Both the position numbers and the translations under genes were made by a program. DNA of 63,954 bases, filler included, from Bigelowiella natans CCMP2755 (taxonomy: Eukaryota > Protista > Cercozoa), in assembly GCA_000320545.1 (NCBI GenBank). It is 8 parts of 8 records of this genome, joined end to end, with 100 filler letters (N's around TTAATTAATTAA, not from the genome) between each part and the next. Parts side by side here need not be neighbours in the genome. Positions count along the whole stretch, not along the records: positions 1 to 7,207 come from ADNK01001779.1; positions 7,308 to 12,396 come from ADNK01001984.1; positions 12,497 to 23,871 come from ADNK01002921.1; 5 more parts are not named here. One strand, written 5' to 3'. Each line of letters opens with the position of its first letter. Positions within the stretch are counted from its first letter, which is position 1. This document shows positions 1 to 13,013 of the stretch, piece by piece. The notes below the pieces were generated by a model, which was not told the DNA's origin, did not search any database, and worked only from the letters and a program-made list of their open reading frames with translations.

Positions 1-54
1 CCACAAACAGAGATTGCGTCGAAAAGCAGCTCCCGGGGTTGTGCGTATATTCAG

Positions 55-830
55 CGCGAAGGGGACGAGGAATTCCATCCTGACCCTCTTCTTCTATCTC
101 TGCCGTGATGACGTGGCTTCGGTGAGAAGAAGCGCTGCCTTAGCTTTCTCACACCTGTTCAGTCTTTTGCTGCAGTTTGAGAAAGAAGAGGAAGGGAGGG
201 TTGGAGGGGAGGGCTCCTTTACCACGAAGGCCCTGGTAGATGAAGTTATGCAATTGGCAGAGAGTAAAACTTACAAGGAGGGACAGGTTGTGATAGTAAT
301 AGTGGTAGGAGTGGTGGTAGTAATAATAGAGGGAGGAGGAGGAGAAGAAGGATGATAATGATGACAACGATGATGATGAAGAAGATGCCAAGGGAAGATG
401 CTTGCATTTAATCTCACTGCGAACGTATAGGATAGGTCGTGAGAGACATAATAGCCAAAATTTAAATGGAAAATTGATAATGGTTATGGGTAAACCCCCC
501 CCCCCCCCCCCCCTCCCCCCATTTATGCACCGCAGTTGTTCCTCTTTATGTGTGAGGGCATCATTGCCGACCCAAGAACGGGTGGAGAAGAGGGGGGGGA
601 GGGGGGGGGTAGTTTTTCCGTTGGTAATACCTGTATATCTGAATCTATTCCCTTGTTGTTGTTGTTGTCGTTGTTGTCGTTGTTGTTGTCGCGGCGTGTA
701 TCTTCGTTTTTCTTTCCCCCCGAACAACTGGCGTCTGTCTGCAGGAAACAGCATAGATCTGGCGAAGTCCAATGCGCTCATCAAGGAAGGGAGAGGTGGG
801 TGAGTGGATGGGAGTGGTTGAGATGTATCA

Positions 831-873
<43 letters not shown>

Positions 874-1714
874 GCACACACACACACACACACATTATGA
901 AAAGTGTTCCGATATAAGCCTATTATTTCTAGTAAGAGTTTTTGGGCAGACTGACATCGTACGACCGCATCACAAGAGAGAGAGATCGTTAGAAAAATGC
1001 AATTGGGGACGACTGGAGAGGAGAAGCACCACCAACACCACCACCACCACCACCACCTCCGTCGCCATTTCTCCCAACCCTCTTCTCGTTTGCAGATTTG
1101 GTCAAGTCGTTGGAAGAGAAGCTTAGAGAGAGAAAGGGGAGGGAAGAGCGAGAAGCTCTTGACGAGAAGGCGCCCCCACCACCCCAGTCCGCCCCTCCTC
1201 CAAACCCGAAAACAGGCAACGATATGGTGGTGGAGGCGGTTGAGAAGGAGGAAGAGGAGGAGGAGGAGGAGGAGGAGGAGGAGGAGGAGAAGGGGCAGGA
1301 GAAGGAGCAGGTACTTAAGTCGTCGCTTTGCGTTTGAGCACCGCGACTTAACCCTATGGGGCGCTGCTGCCACGAAATGAGAAAAACGCTTCTTTTATTC
1401 GTTTGGGGGTGGGGGGAGAAAGGTATGGATATGCGCGGTATGGTATGCGCGTGTTTCCAAGGGCGTTCATCTCTGCGTTCGATTCTAACGGCGCATTGGT
1501 TTTTCCTGCCTTCCCGCCGTCCCTGATTCCCCTACGCGCACATCAACTCATAGTTGCTGGATGCTATGTTATGCAGAGAGACGCCGCCGACATGGCGATC
1601 GAAGAAGAAGAAGAAGAAGAGGAAGAAGAAAAGGAAGAAGAAAAAGAAGAGAATGATCAGCCACTTCAAACGAATACAGCGGCAGACGATGGAGAGGTCA
1701 TGGAAGAGTTTTGA
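55..1714 (+). CDS. HEAT-repeat protein, PP4 regulatory subunit 1 / PP2A-A-like, 3' part (spliced, 5' end outside window)
   Basis: Exon NSILTLFFYLCRDDVASVRRSAALAFSHLF fits the HEAT L..D....VR..A motif. Later GT-AG exons read KTYKEGQ, LFLFMCEGII and DLVKSLEEKL, then an acidic tail ending EVMEEF* at 1714. Confidence 0.55.
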
Positions 1715-2611
1715 GGGGGGAGATACACGCAGAGCTTATTGCATAGCTGTTATCCCGTGTGCCGTCATATGTACTATTTCCGTTATGTTTCCGTAATAAC
1801 CGGTAGTGTTACGATGCGTGAAGAAGTAATGCACGCCATGCAGACAATGACTGCACGTCTAAATGTGTGGGACTGTGCTGCATGCGCATGTAGCTCTTTT
1901 CTTCGATGTACGTCTAGCTAGACGCACAACAATTTGATCATACGCATGTCTGATTATTCTGGATGTGCTTGCATGCACCAGACGCAACATGTAGCATAAC
2001 AATTAGCTTGCAGGGGGGTGCACGCGTGCGTGAGGAACGCCAGAACGGTGAACATAGCTGTTGTACGTATGATGCTAGAATGTGGCCACACATGGCAACA
2101 TTACATATGTCACAAGCTGCTTGTTTTCCCTTTTTAGCTTTTGATTCATGCACTAGCTGCTAGCTAGCTAGGCTGACAGGCCCACAGAGGCACTCACAAG
2201 TTATTGCCAAATCAAGCAAGCACTGTCTAGCTGTGCGCGCGCGTGTGTGCACTACGAGACTACGAGACTACCACGCTAGCACGCCAGCAACGCAAACACA
2301 TATGCTAGATATGGACTAAAAATTGCAAGCAAGCTGACGCATTCACAACCGTGAAGCACACACTGTAGCAGACACTGAGCAATATAATCTATAAGCGCTG
2401 CGTAGCCGCCGTCTTGCATCGCACAGCTGTAACAACAGCGCATGACCATTAGCATTTGACATCACGGACATTCCTCATGCTAGCATGCCCCTTCCTTTGC
2501 TTAACGTGCGGCCCGTCGATCGTCGCTGCAAATCGATAGTGAAATGTTGCCACCACGCGACTCGTCCCTGATAAAGCTAGGGGATGAAGATACAGACCCT
2601 CTTATGACCTC

Positions 2612-3493
2612 TCACTTTTGCCATTTTGCTCCAATATTCCTCGCCATAAACGCATAGACGTCCGAAATCTCCTCAATTTGCTTTGAAAGAGGTTTCCCTG
2701 CGAAGAAGGTGGTCAGAGAGAGAGAAGGCATTCAGTTTGGGTGCATCAGCAAAGCTAACGAAAGTGAAGAAGAAAAGAAGGGGGGGGAAGAGAAAGAGAA
2801 AGAGAAAGAGAAAGCGGAAGAGAGAAGGAGGGAGCACCTCCCCCATGGCCAGCTTTAACTTCGATTCGAATTAACAAGGGCTGTTTGTTGTCCTTTCCAG
2901 CCTGCATGATGACGAAAAAAATGGATGATATCAGAAGAAGAAGAGGAAGGATAGCGTGGTGATGGTGGTGATGGCGGTGATGGTGGTGAAACATTGTGCT
3001 AAATCAAGTGTCGTATTATTCACTCCTGCCGTCGCAATCGCAGGGAGAAAGCATCATTTCCGCGCCATCAAACAAGATGATTATGTGCAATCTCTCTCGC
3101 AGATGTGTGCAATTTCCATCTACTCATGCATTCTGTGCATCTGCTGGCGGCTGGGTTTGGAAGTATCCGTTTGATCATGAAAATTCTAATTTTTACGAGG
3201 TGCTCCTCCTTCCTCCCTCCTCCCCCCCCCCCTCCGCCAACCTTATCCTGGAGCGCTGAGATGAACTTGTAGGAATGAAGGGGCGAAACACGGTCGTCAT
3301 GGTCTGCTGTGGTGACTAGCACTGCGGGGTATTGCACACCTGTCGTAGTTCGGCCAACCAGGAAAGAGAAGAAGGGGAGAGAGGGGGAGGAGAGGGGGAA
3401 TAGGCAGCAAAACTTAGCGAAGGATGCAACACATGTATCGTAATGTCGTAGTATTCTAGCAATCTTAGACTATTATTTGTGATATTCGTGCGT

Positions 3494-3526
<33 letters not shown>

Positions 3527-3834
3527 CGTGCGCGCGCGCGTGTATATGGTGATGATTCATAGTGCAGTGTATTTAATTGTAGATTCATGATAATGCGGTC
3601 CATGTTGGCTATCAGCCTTGACGTGTTACAAGTCTATCAGTTCTAAATCATCGTCATCATGATCATCATCATCAGCAGCATCAGCAGCAGCAGCAGCACG
3701 AGATACGACCTTCTTGGACATTGTGGCAGGGGGAAATAGCTCGCAGCGCCTCGAATTCGTCCTTGTCGCCGCCTCCTCGTAGGTTGGGTACAGCGTAAAT
3801 GCCATTGAAGTGCTGCATCCATACCTGAATAATA

Positions 3835-3871
<37 letters not shown>

Positions 3872-5222
3872 ACAATCGGAACGGCGAGAGGCAGGGACAG
3901 AGAAGAGAAGGGGAAGGGAAGGAGAACACAACAACTACAGCTCCCTACTGAGAGTGCAAATTGTGGTGAAGATGATGATGATGATGATAATGATTAACGA
4001 CGGCAGGTATATACCGCATCATCGTTTATCACAATTTTCTTTCTTCTTCTTCATATTCTTCTTCTTCTTTCTCTTCCCTCAAAACACCATAAATCGTGTT
4101 GATGAAAAAACGATCATCCTCGGATTTGGTTGTCGCCGTCTTCTCCCCTCGCAAGCAGCGGTGTGCGGGTGTTGTGCAGCTTACGTACCAAGCGCGAGAT
4201 GGAAAATGACGGGGTGAGTGAAATATTAAATCCTACATAGACAGAAAAGAGGGGAGGGACAACAGCTTAGAATGATGATGCGCTGATTTTTCCACTGCAC
4301 ACCCCCCCCCCCCTCTCCCTCCATGCCTCGCGTGCGTGTTTGCGCATCTGCTGCCTCCCTTCATCCTCATTAACCCCCCCTCCGTCTCCCTACATCTTTG
4401 CTTTGGTTCTTATGTGCATGTGCATGTGTCGTTCGGACCCCCCCCCCCCCCCCTCCCTCCCGCAAGTTCCACTATGCTTCTACTACTACCTCCGTATCCG
4501 TACATCAAGGTAGGGTGGGGACCTATGAGGGAAGAGCAGACAGGTGATGCACATATCTCGATTCGAATCCTTTTTTGAGGGGGGGGGGGGCATGCCTCTA
4601 TGACTACAATCGGTCGTCAGATATAAGCATCTGTGGATCTTTTGCACTTATCATACAACATGGCCGATGGTATACTGGTACTACTACTACTACTACTACT
4701 ACTACCATCATCATCATCATCATCCTCATCTTTCATCACGATCACATGCATGGATAACGCTGAATAATCATTGCTAGCGGACAGATCTTCACCCTTAGGA
4801 TTCTTCGGGTCGATCGCCTTCTTGTGCACGATGAACATGGGGACCTATGGTAGGTCACAGTAAATAGTATAGAAGCTCGCGAAAAGTATATCAGTGTCGT
4901 TTCTACTACCCCCATCATCACCATCACCACCATCATCGTCATCGTCTTCTCATCATTACCACCATGGTGCTGCTACTACCTTTGTCTTGTCCTTACTCTC
5001 AAAGAACGCCTGTGTAGCGACGTAGTCCTCCGGTTTGAAACCCTATGGACGGGGGCAAGGGAAGGGGGGGGGGGGGGGATGCGACGTCGTTGTTAGATGG
5101 GTTCTGAGATCGCTTCCCCCCCCCGCTCTCGCACTCAAATTTGCCGACCTTTACGATGGTTTCTTTGAATTTCGTAGTCTTGCCACTCTCGATGTCGTAG
5201 TGCATAACGGTCCCAGGATATC

Positions 5223-5273
<51 letters not shown>

Positions 5274-5283
5274 GTATCTCTCC

Positions 5284-5318
<35 letters not shown>

Positions 5319-5505
5319 TATGCATATGTTGATATACTCTATCTGTTCTCGTTGTGGTAGTGGTTGATGTTGTTGTTGGTGATGGTGGTGTATTCGCGTG
5401 CAGACTTAGTAATAGTAATAGTTATAGTAATAGTAGTAATTGTAGCAAGTATACTTTGGGGCTCTGCTCTGCCCAATCATGGCCACAATCACACAAGAAG
5501 AAGAA

Positions 5506-5536
<31 letters not shown>

Positions 5537-6973
5537 CACGATGCGTCGTATGCGCGTGTGTGCATGTTTCCGGTTGGTTGGTAGCTACTCACAGGAAGGA
5601 CGTGAATTTGTAGAAGATTTCCGTTTGTTTGTGATGCGCCGAGATAGACAAACTAGCGACCTGAAATCATCCATATATTCTATTCATATCGACGCACGTG
5701 CCGAATCCACAGTAGTAGTAGCAGTAGTAGCAGTAGTAGCATAACCCCAACAAATCCAGCTACGAGTACTGAAAATCGATGACGCATCGATGCTTTACGC
5801 GTGTAAGCGAAATTTCACTCACATTCGAAACGCAACAGAAAAAGAGGAGGGGGGGGGGGGGGGACTATCATTACGTTCCGCTTATTTATCTTCCCTCTCC
5901 GCACCCTACTACCTCTGGCATTTCGAATTTGTCTTTGATTAGCTTTCCCTGTAAAGACCATTCTATCTCTCAGCACCCACGTACAGGGTAGTATCCGATT
6001 GTACGCATGCAGCTGCCCCCCCCTCTCTCCCCTCCTCGCTCCGAATCAAATCATCATGCAGGCACACACGTAGCTATTGCCGATGTGCTTTCACCCATAT
6101 TAGCGATTGAAAGCTACACCAGCAGCAATAGCTGCGAAAGAGGGTGGAGGAGATGAAGGCTCACATCGAGATCGAGCAGCGTTATCTTGTTCTTCACATG
6201 TTCCAAGTGCTGCGTCACTAGGAAGGAGCCGTTTGCCACCTTAAAAACAAAACGAGAAATCGCCGTCGCTCGGTCACATTGGGACGACTTTTAGCATGCT
6301 CGAATGAGGCTCTTTCTTTCTTTCATTCATTCTGACCGTGGCGTCCTCTAACACAACCAGCTCTTTCTCAGGAACGACCGTCACCCAGTCCTTGCTTTCG
6401 CTTTGCCAAGCTACCAAATCGTCCGCTCTCACTCCTACCAGATCAACCCAGCTGCAGCTACTTCTTCCAATTTCACCAATGAGGATGAGTGCATACTTCA
6501 TCATCATCATCATCATCATAATCATCATCATCGTTCGTGTTTGGGCGGCGTTACGTTAATATCGAATTTCACAATCTTGTAGCACGGCGCCTCCTTGTTA
6601 GTGCGAAACCTGTGATTAGCGATCACGTCAGCTCTCACTCGCTCAGTAGCAACCAAGATTGCATGGGGATTGTTGGTCGAAGTTGGGCAATGCTGCAGGA
6701 CAAGCGTCCATGGATATTCTCGGCCCGCGAGAGATTTCTCCGGATTCTACTGTTATCTTCGCGTGTAATTTTTAAACGTATGCGAAAGTACGATGGTCGC
6801 TGTGGTGGTGATGGGGAAAGGGCAGATGCGGGATGTACTTACCAGTACTCATCGCCAACGTTATGGATATATCTGCGGAAATCGATATAAGCAGCAAACC
6901 ATGCAGCAGTAGAAATATGGCTGGTCATCTATAGCACACGCAAGAGAAACACGCGCGCGCGCGCACACACACA

Positions 6974-7019
<46 letters not shown>

Positions 7020-7117
7020 CACGCACAACAACTACTGCTGCTAGTGCTACAACGGCTCCTACTCGTATAGGGCATCGAAGTTGTCAATGACTTTCACAAC
7101 GTTCTTCAAAGGACCCT
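2612..7117 (-). CDS. PREP: Prolyl oligopeptidase (S9A), spliced, 5' truncated by gap; catalytic-Ser segment absent from the assembly
   Basis: Exons: [38 protein letters not shown]|[55 protein letters not shown] (catalytic Asp), [14 protein letters not shown]|[17 protein letters not shown] (catalytic His). Stop at 2612-2614. Confidence 0.93.
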
Positions 7118-7207
7118 GAGCACGTGTAGATGATAAACGCGAATAAGAAGTATTAAATCCCCATCAGCACCAGCAGCAGGAGGAACTGCTTATATCCCTG
7201 TCGTTGT

Positions 7208-7307
7208 NNNNNNNNNNNNNNNNNNNNNNNNNNNNNNNNNNNNNNNNNNNNTTAATTAATTAANNNNNNNNNNNNNNNNNNNNNNNNNNNNNNNNNNNNN
7301 NNNNNNN
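7208..7307. other. Artificial contig-joining linker N44-TTAATTAATTAA-N44
   Basis: Identical 100-bp block also occurs at 12397, 23872, 31705, 36560, 50867 and 58961; the core is a palindrome of TAA stop codons. Confidence 0.97.
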
Positions 7308-8040
7308 TCCGCAGCACCCTCCATCTTATTCGTGTTGTGGTGCGGTTTCCCCTTTCCGTAGCCCCCCCTCAAGTCGTTTTTACAAACCTCCTGGGGGTAC
7401 ACATGAAAGTGGGGGCCATAGGGGCGAGGGAATTCTTTTCCAAATTAAGAAAATGGGGGGTTGGGGGGGGGGGGTGATGAGAGGGGCCTATTAGCATTTT
7501 CTCTTGTCCTTTTTTATCTGTAGCAACAAGTTCAACATGATTATCATCGCTACCACCTCCCCCTCCCCCTCCTATATAGGGAAAAGAGCTTGCTCACATC
7601 GAAGACAATACACCGCTACCGATATAAGGAGCAGGTACACAACAACAACAACAACAACAACGAATGATGATTATGATTATGATGATGATGATGATGATGT
7701 TTAAGCAAGCTCACACAAACATGTCTAGCCACATTGGCATCGGAGCTACTATTGTACGTCGCGCCGTTATAACCATTTAATCAATTGACTGCTGTGTAGT
7801 TGTCCATCAGTGAAAAACGTGGCTATTGGGTTCGGACTGAGAAAGGATGGGTAGTAGTAGCCGCTATCACCACCACCAACAGGGACATGAAGAGAAGGAC
7901 AGAGAGGGGATCAATACACATGTCTGATTTTGAGGAGGGCATATTATGTTTTGTTTTATAAAATGATGATGTGTGTAAGTCACTATTCTTGATAGCTTTT
8001 GTGTTTGAGTGCTGCTGCTGCTGCTACTATTTTCCTACAG

Positions 8041-8190
8041 GTCCATACCAAGAGAGATAATCAAGATGTCGTTGTTGAGGTAGTAGTGGAATAGAATCAA
8101 TAGCAGTAAGTACAGTAAGTAGTAGTGGTATTAGTAGTAGGAGCAGCAGCAGTCTTAAGTAATGAGCAAGAAAAGGACAACTCGTTATAT

Positions 8191-8233
<43 letters not shown>

Positions 8234-8480
8234 GACACCAGGTCTCATCATCATCCCGGCACTCTCGTGACGCTTCTTTGCCTGATGCAAACCGGCAGAT
8301 GTATGTATGTAGTAGTAACATGTTGTGATAATGATGTATGATGTATGTATGTAGTAGTAACATGTTGTGATAATGATGATGATCGATGGTAGTGATGATG
8401 ATGGTGGTGGTGGTGATCCTATACAAATAGAGACAAAAGGATTTGGGAAAGTTGAACAGATAACACCACATTTGACTCAC

Positions 8481-8518
<38 letters not shown>

Positions 8519-8884
8519 ACTTTGGCTGCTGCTCTGTTTTCAGTGCATTTCGACAAGAAGAGACTTACGATGTTGGCGATGTTATTGGGATAAGGTGAGG
8601 GGTGCTATTCTTAGCAGTATTATATCGAATTTGCATTGTCAGCATGAACCAATACTACTACTACTACTACTACTACTACTATCACTTGTAGTAGTGGTAG
8701 GAGTAGTAATAAGAAGCTCCTTCTCACAGTCAAGACGATTCATGTGTTGCAACAGAGTTAAGACGATTCATGTGTTGCAACAGATCACAGTTAAGACGAT
8801 TCATGTGTTGCAACAGATTTTAAGACGATTCATGTGTTGCAACAGATTTTTAGAGAGGCATATGAAGGCCAAGAGCTGCGCTGC

Positions 8885-8946
<62 letters not shown>

Positions 8947-9641
8947 TGTTGTGAGGGGGGTGGGGGGGGGGAGGAGGCTAAGACATTGGAAAGAGAGAGG
9001 AGTTGTTTGTAGTAGGTCATGTTAGTTGGTATTCTTGCTATGCTAGCCCATCGTTTATGTGTTGTATGTGTTGTATGTGTTGTATGTTTTGTGCTGTTAG
9101 GGTTCGGGCGTATCACCGTGACGGCAATAAGTAAGCAAATAACAAAGAATGTGCGTGCGTGTGTGTGCGTGGATGTGCGTGTGTGCTGTTGAAGTGAATT
9201 TTGATGAAAAATTAAGATCATATTTTGACGACTAATTCTGATATATGAAAACGAAGAAGAATAAGAACACCACACACACATGCATGTATGCACACCAATG
9301 ATTCAATATCATTGCAAGCAATTGCGACCATTTGCCACCGCGACAACAGCAAAAGAAACAATGGTAACAACGATAACTTACACTACCAGGTACGATTTGG
9401 AACTTATCCCTGACCCTAGCAATTCGTTACTCGATGTAAAGCATATCATACTCACTGGCGTTCCAGCGGAGAACATCAACGAGCAGCCTAAAGAAGTAAG
9501 AAATGATTAAAGTCACTTATACTGCATCGTCATCATCATCCTCCTCCTCCTCCTCCTCCTCCTCTTTCGGTGTACATGTAGACACAGTCACAACGCAAGG
9601 GGAAAGACAAAAAATATTGATAATGATAAGAAGAAGAAGAA

Positions 9642-9682
<41 letters not shown>

Positions 9683-9949
9683 ACAGAGAGTTAGATTTTG
9701 AGAATTTTTTACAAAAAAACACAGTCATACAGCTATTCAATTTGGCATCAGCAGCACTGTGATGAGTTAACTGGTTGTTGCTGTTGTTTGTTTTACTGTT
9801 GTGTGTTAGTCCGTCAGTGTGGGGCTGAAAAACGCCATGATGACATCCTCGCCGAGGTATGATATGATGTACGGCTGAGGACGTAATTTATGTTACTACT
9901 TGTTCGTATTGCGAGTAGTATCTAGCAGTCTATAACACGTGTGTATTTT

Positions 9950-9986
<37 letters not shown>

Positions 9987-10530
9987 CGTGTGTAGACAAC
10001 AATTTAAGAAATAATTTGCTTTTGCATCTAGAGCGGGGATATTAAATTTTGGGGGTAAATTCTCACTCTCGCATAGCGAACTTCAGTTTGAAGGTACAGC
10101 TGCTGCATCCACCTTGGCCATAAACTAATACGTGCACATGAGAGAGTATATACTGTTTCTAATTGGTGCTACTACCACCTCTAATATTATCATCATGATT
10201 CTTCTCAGGATTTAGCCCAAGAGGATCACAATCGCCGTCATTAGCAAGTTCATGCGAAGAGTTGCAGCAGTATGACAACCAGCAGGTTATTGTACTACTA
10301 CAAGTAGTAATTTGTAAATGGTAGTAAGTAGAAAGATAAGATATGATAAGTGATGATACGAATAAAAACAATTATCGTCTATGTCAGTGTTCCTATTCTC
10401 CATCGTATTTCTCTATTTTTGAATGACTTGATGAAAGTGCGTCGTCATCATCGTCATCATTATCATCCTTGGTGTACAGAAAGGAGGCATTCAAGATACC
10501 AACGCAAATCCTAGCCATTCAAAGCCACGG
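8041..10530 (+). CDS. Multi-exon gene of unknown function (partial)
   Basis: Short high-complexity islands flanked by AG/GT between microsatellites, e.g. VHTKRDNQDVVVE, YDLELIPDPSNSLLDVKHIILTGVPAENINEQPKE and GFSPRGSQSPSLASSCEE. No family recognised. Confidence 0.35.
8732..8846 (+). repeat. Four copies of a 25-bp unit AAGACGATTCATGTGTTGCAACAGA with 3-8 bp spacers
   Basis: Copies read directly at about 8732, 8760, 8793 and 8822. Confidence 0.9.
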
Positions 10531-11328
10531 TATTTTATCTGACGATGATGGTGATGACGATGATAGATCCACATCATCATCATCATCATCATCAACAACA
10601 ACAACAACAACAACCAGCCAATGCAACGATCACGATTATGGCATCAGAATTCATCATGATATCTCCTCAAACCAAGTATATTATATGCAAGTATGCGCTT
10701 GTGTTGAAGAGAACGTCACGTGAATATGAGTGTATTTGAAAGATGCCATGATCTACTACCAGTTGCTGACGGAACATTTGCACCGTCGTGGTCACTTGTT
10801 GTTGTCGTATGTATATCTACCTACCTGCTTCTTCTTCGGTATTTATTAGACTCAGGAAGACGAGAACTGCGGACATTGGCCTTTCAGGGAGAGTCGTGAT
10901 TATGCGTGACGGGAAAGCAGAAGGGGGGGGGGGGGTTAAGAAGGAGAGAAAGATTCGACATCAGATATCCTCCTCTCTAGGTGCATTATCACCCTCTTTT
11001 CATGTAAGTACTGACTGCATTTGATGATGGCATGCTCTTTGTATGCATCATGTGCTGATTTGTGGGTAGTAATGACGGCTGCCATTGCTATGGTGATGAT
11101 GATGATCATGATGATGATGATGCTTTAAACACACGTACATGTACACACACACGCACACAGGATGCTGACGATGACGATGACGATGATGTTTTAAACACAT
11201 GCACATGCACATGCACACGCACACGTACACGCACACACACACACACACACACACAGAGTCTTATTATATATTGCATAACACATTTAGAAGGCGAAAGAAA
11301 GGCTATCAAACACTTTATATCTCGATAG

Positions 11329-11361
<33 letters not shown>

Positions 11362-11416
11362 TTTGTAGTAGTAGTAGTAGTAGTAGTAAGAGTGTTATCA
11401 TCCTTAAATATATGCA

Positions 11417-11486
<70 letters not shown>

Positions 11487-11510
11487 TTTTGTTGGCATTT
11501 CTCTATATCT

Positions 11511-11548
<38 letters not shown>

Positions 11549-11870
11549 TAACATCTGACGCACACTATAAAAATTACCAAGCAACATGATGTTCACAACC
11601 GTGATGTCGCAAGAGTGTAAAGATTGAGGCCTCCTTCTTTTAATTGTTGTTGTTATTGTTGTTGTTTGGTGATGTTGTTGTTGTTTGGTGATGTACCGTT
11701 GCAGCTTTGACCGCCTCACGCCTTTAGAGCTTGGAGGAGTCGATGATGCGGTGACATCTGAGCAGAGGTATCATCATCGATCTATTCGCAATCATCTTTT
11801 GATTTGATGAGTCATCATGCGAATGATGGTAGCTGTAATAACGAGCAGAATGATAATCAATGATGATAAT

Positions 11871-11908
<38 letters not shown>

Positions 11909-12396
11909 CGAATACGTAGCCGATTTGATGAGGAGAGCTAGTGATTGGTGTTTGTTTCAATACCTTGAGGAGGAGGTCTACTCATAGATCATATCACCTT
12001 CTAGCACATCCATGATATGTGATGACTTTGTTATACTGTCCTCCCCCACCCCCCCCCCCCACGAACAGAGAGAAAAAGAGAGAGAGAGAGAGAGATTGCG
12101 ACACCTCCTCAACAACGTCCATAAAAGTACCTTGCACTATAGCTTCTTTCTTCCCTTAAACGTACCGTCTGATAGGACTTAACATCCTCTATGCTAGCCG
12201 AGGATTGATTTCTATGGACCACTACCTGTTTCCCCCTTCCCCCCCCCCCGCCCACGTTCACTTCTGTGGGATGACCCGGCGTAAGGGTAAGACTTTGGTG
12301 AAAAGACTTGGAAATCTATATATATAAGGGGACACCGGTCACTATTATTGTATAATATTAGTATTTCTTTGGGATGTTTGCGAACCCCCCTTCCCT

Positions 12397-12496
12397 NNNN
12401 NNNNNNNNNNNNNNNNNNNNNNNNNNNNNNNNNNNNNNNNTTAATTAATTAANNNNNNNNNNNNNNNNNNNNNNNNNNNNNNNNNNNNNNNNNNNN
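12397..12496. other. Artificial contig linker
   Basis: N44-TTAATTAATTAA-N44. Confidence 0.97.
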
Positions 12497-12532
<36 letters not shown>

Positions 12533-12954
12533 CTTTTGGTAAATCAAAGGGTCTTGGAAGGATCTCTGTGCCTTTGAGCAGCTGCCGGCATCGACGACGC
12601 CGCACGCCCCAGCCAGAACCCATACGAAGTAATATGTGCAATATCGTTGTTGCGGACATTGTGTGACTGATGACTCGCATACTCATCGGAAGAGAGGCGA
12701 GGAAAAGGAGAGGGAGGGGGGGGACAGGGAAAATGCCCCATAGTAAAAAACAGACTTCCATATACCCATCCTTCTTCTCCTCAAATCCCCCCCCCCGCCC
12801 CCTCTCCGTAACAGCGCAAATGTCTATGATCCTGCTTCTTCCAGTGAAGTCCTGTTCGCGTCGTTCTACATCGCCGTTGGTGTGGCGATCTCCGCTCTGA
12901 CGTAATACGATCATGATGCTATTGTTACACATTACTCATGTGTACGTGTGTGTC

Positions 12955-13013
<59 letters not shown>

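Noticed and set aside
149-1380. Long ORFs with [12 protein letters not shown] and poly-S/poly-H runs (here and throughout)
   Set aside because: Translations of intronic microsatellites.
7252-7263. TTAATTAATTAA palindrome repeated seven times
   Set aside because: Always centred in N-runs; an artificial contig linker, so adjacency across it is not reliable.
8732-8846. Mini-CRISPR (25-bp repeat x4)
   Set aside because: Spacers are only 3-8 bp, the context is eukaryotic and there are no cas genes.
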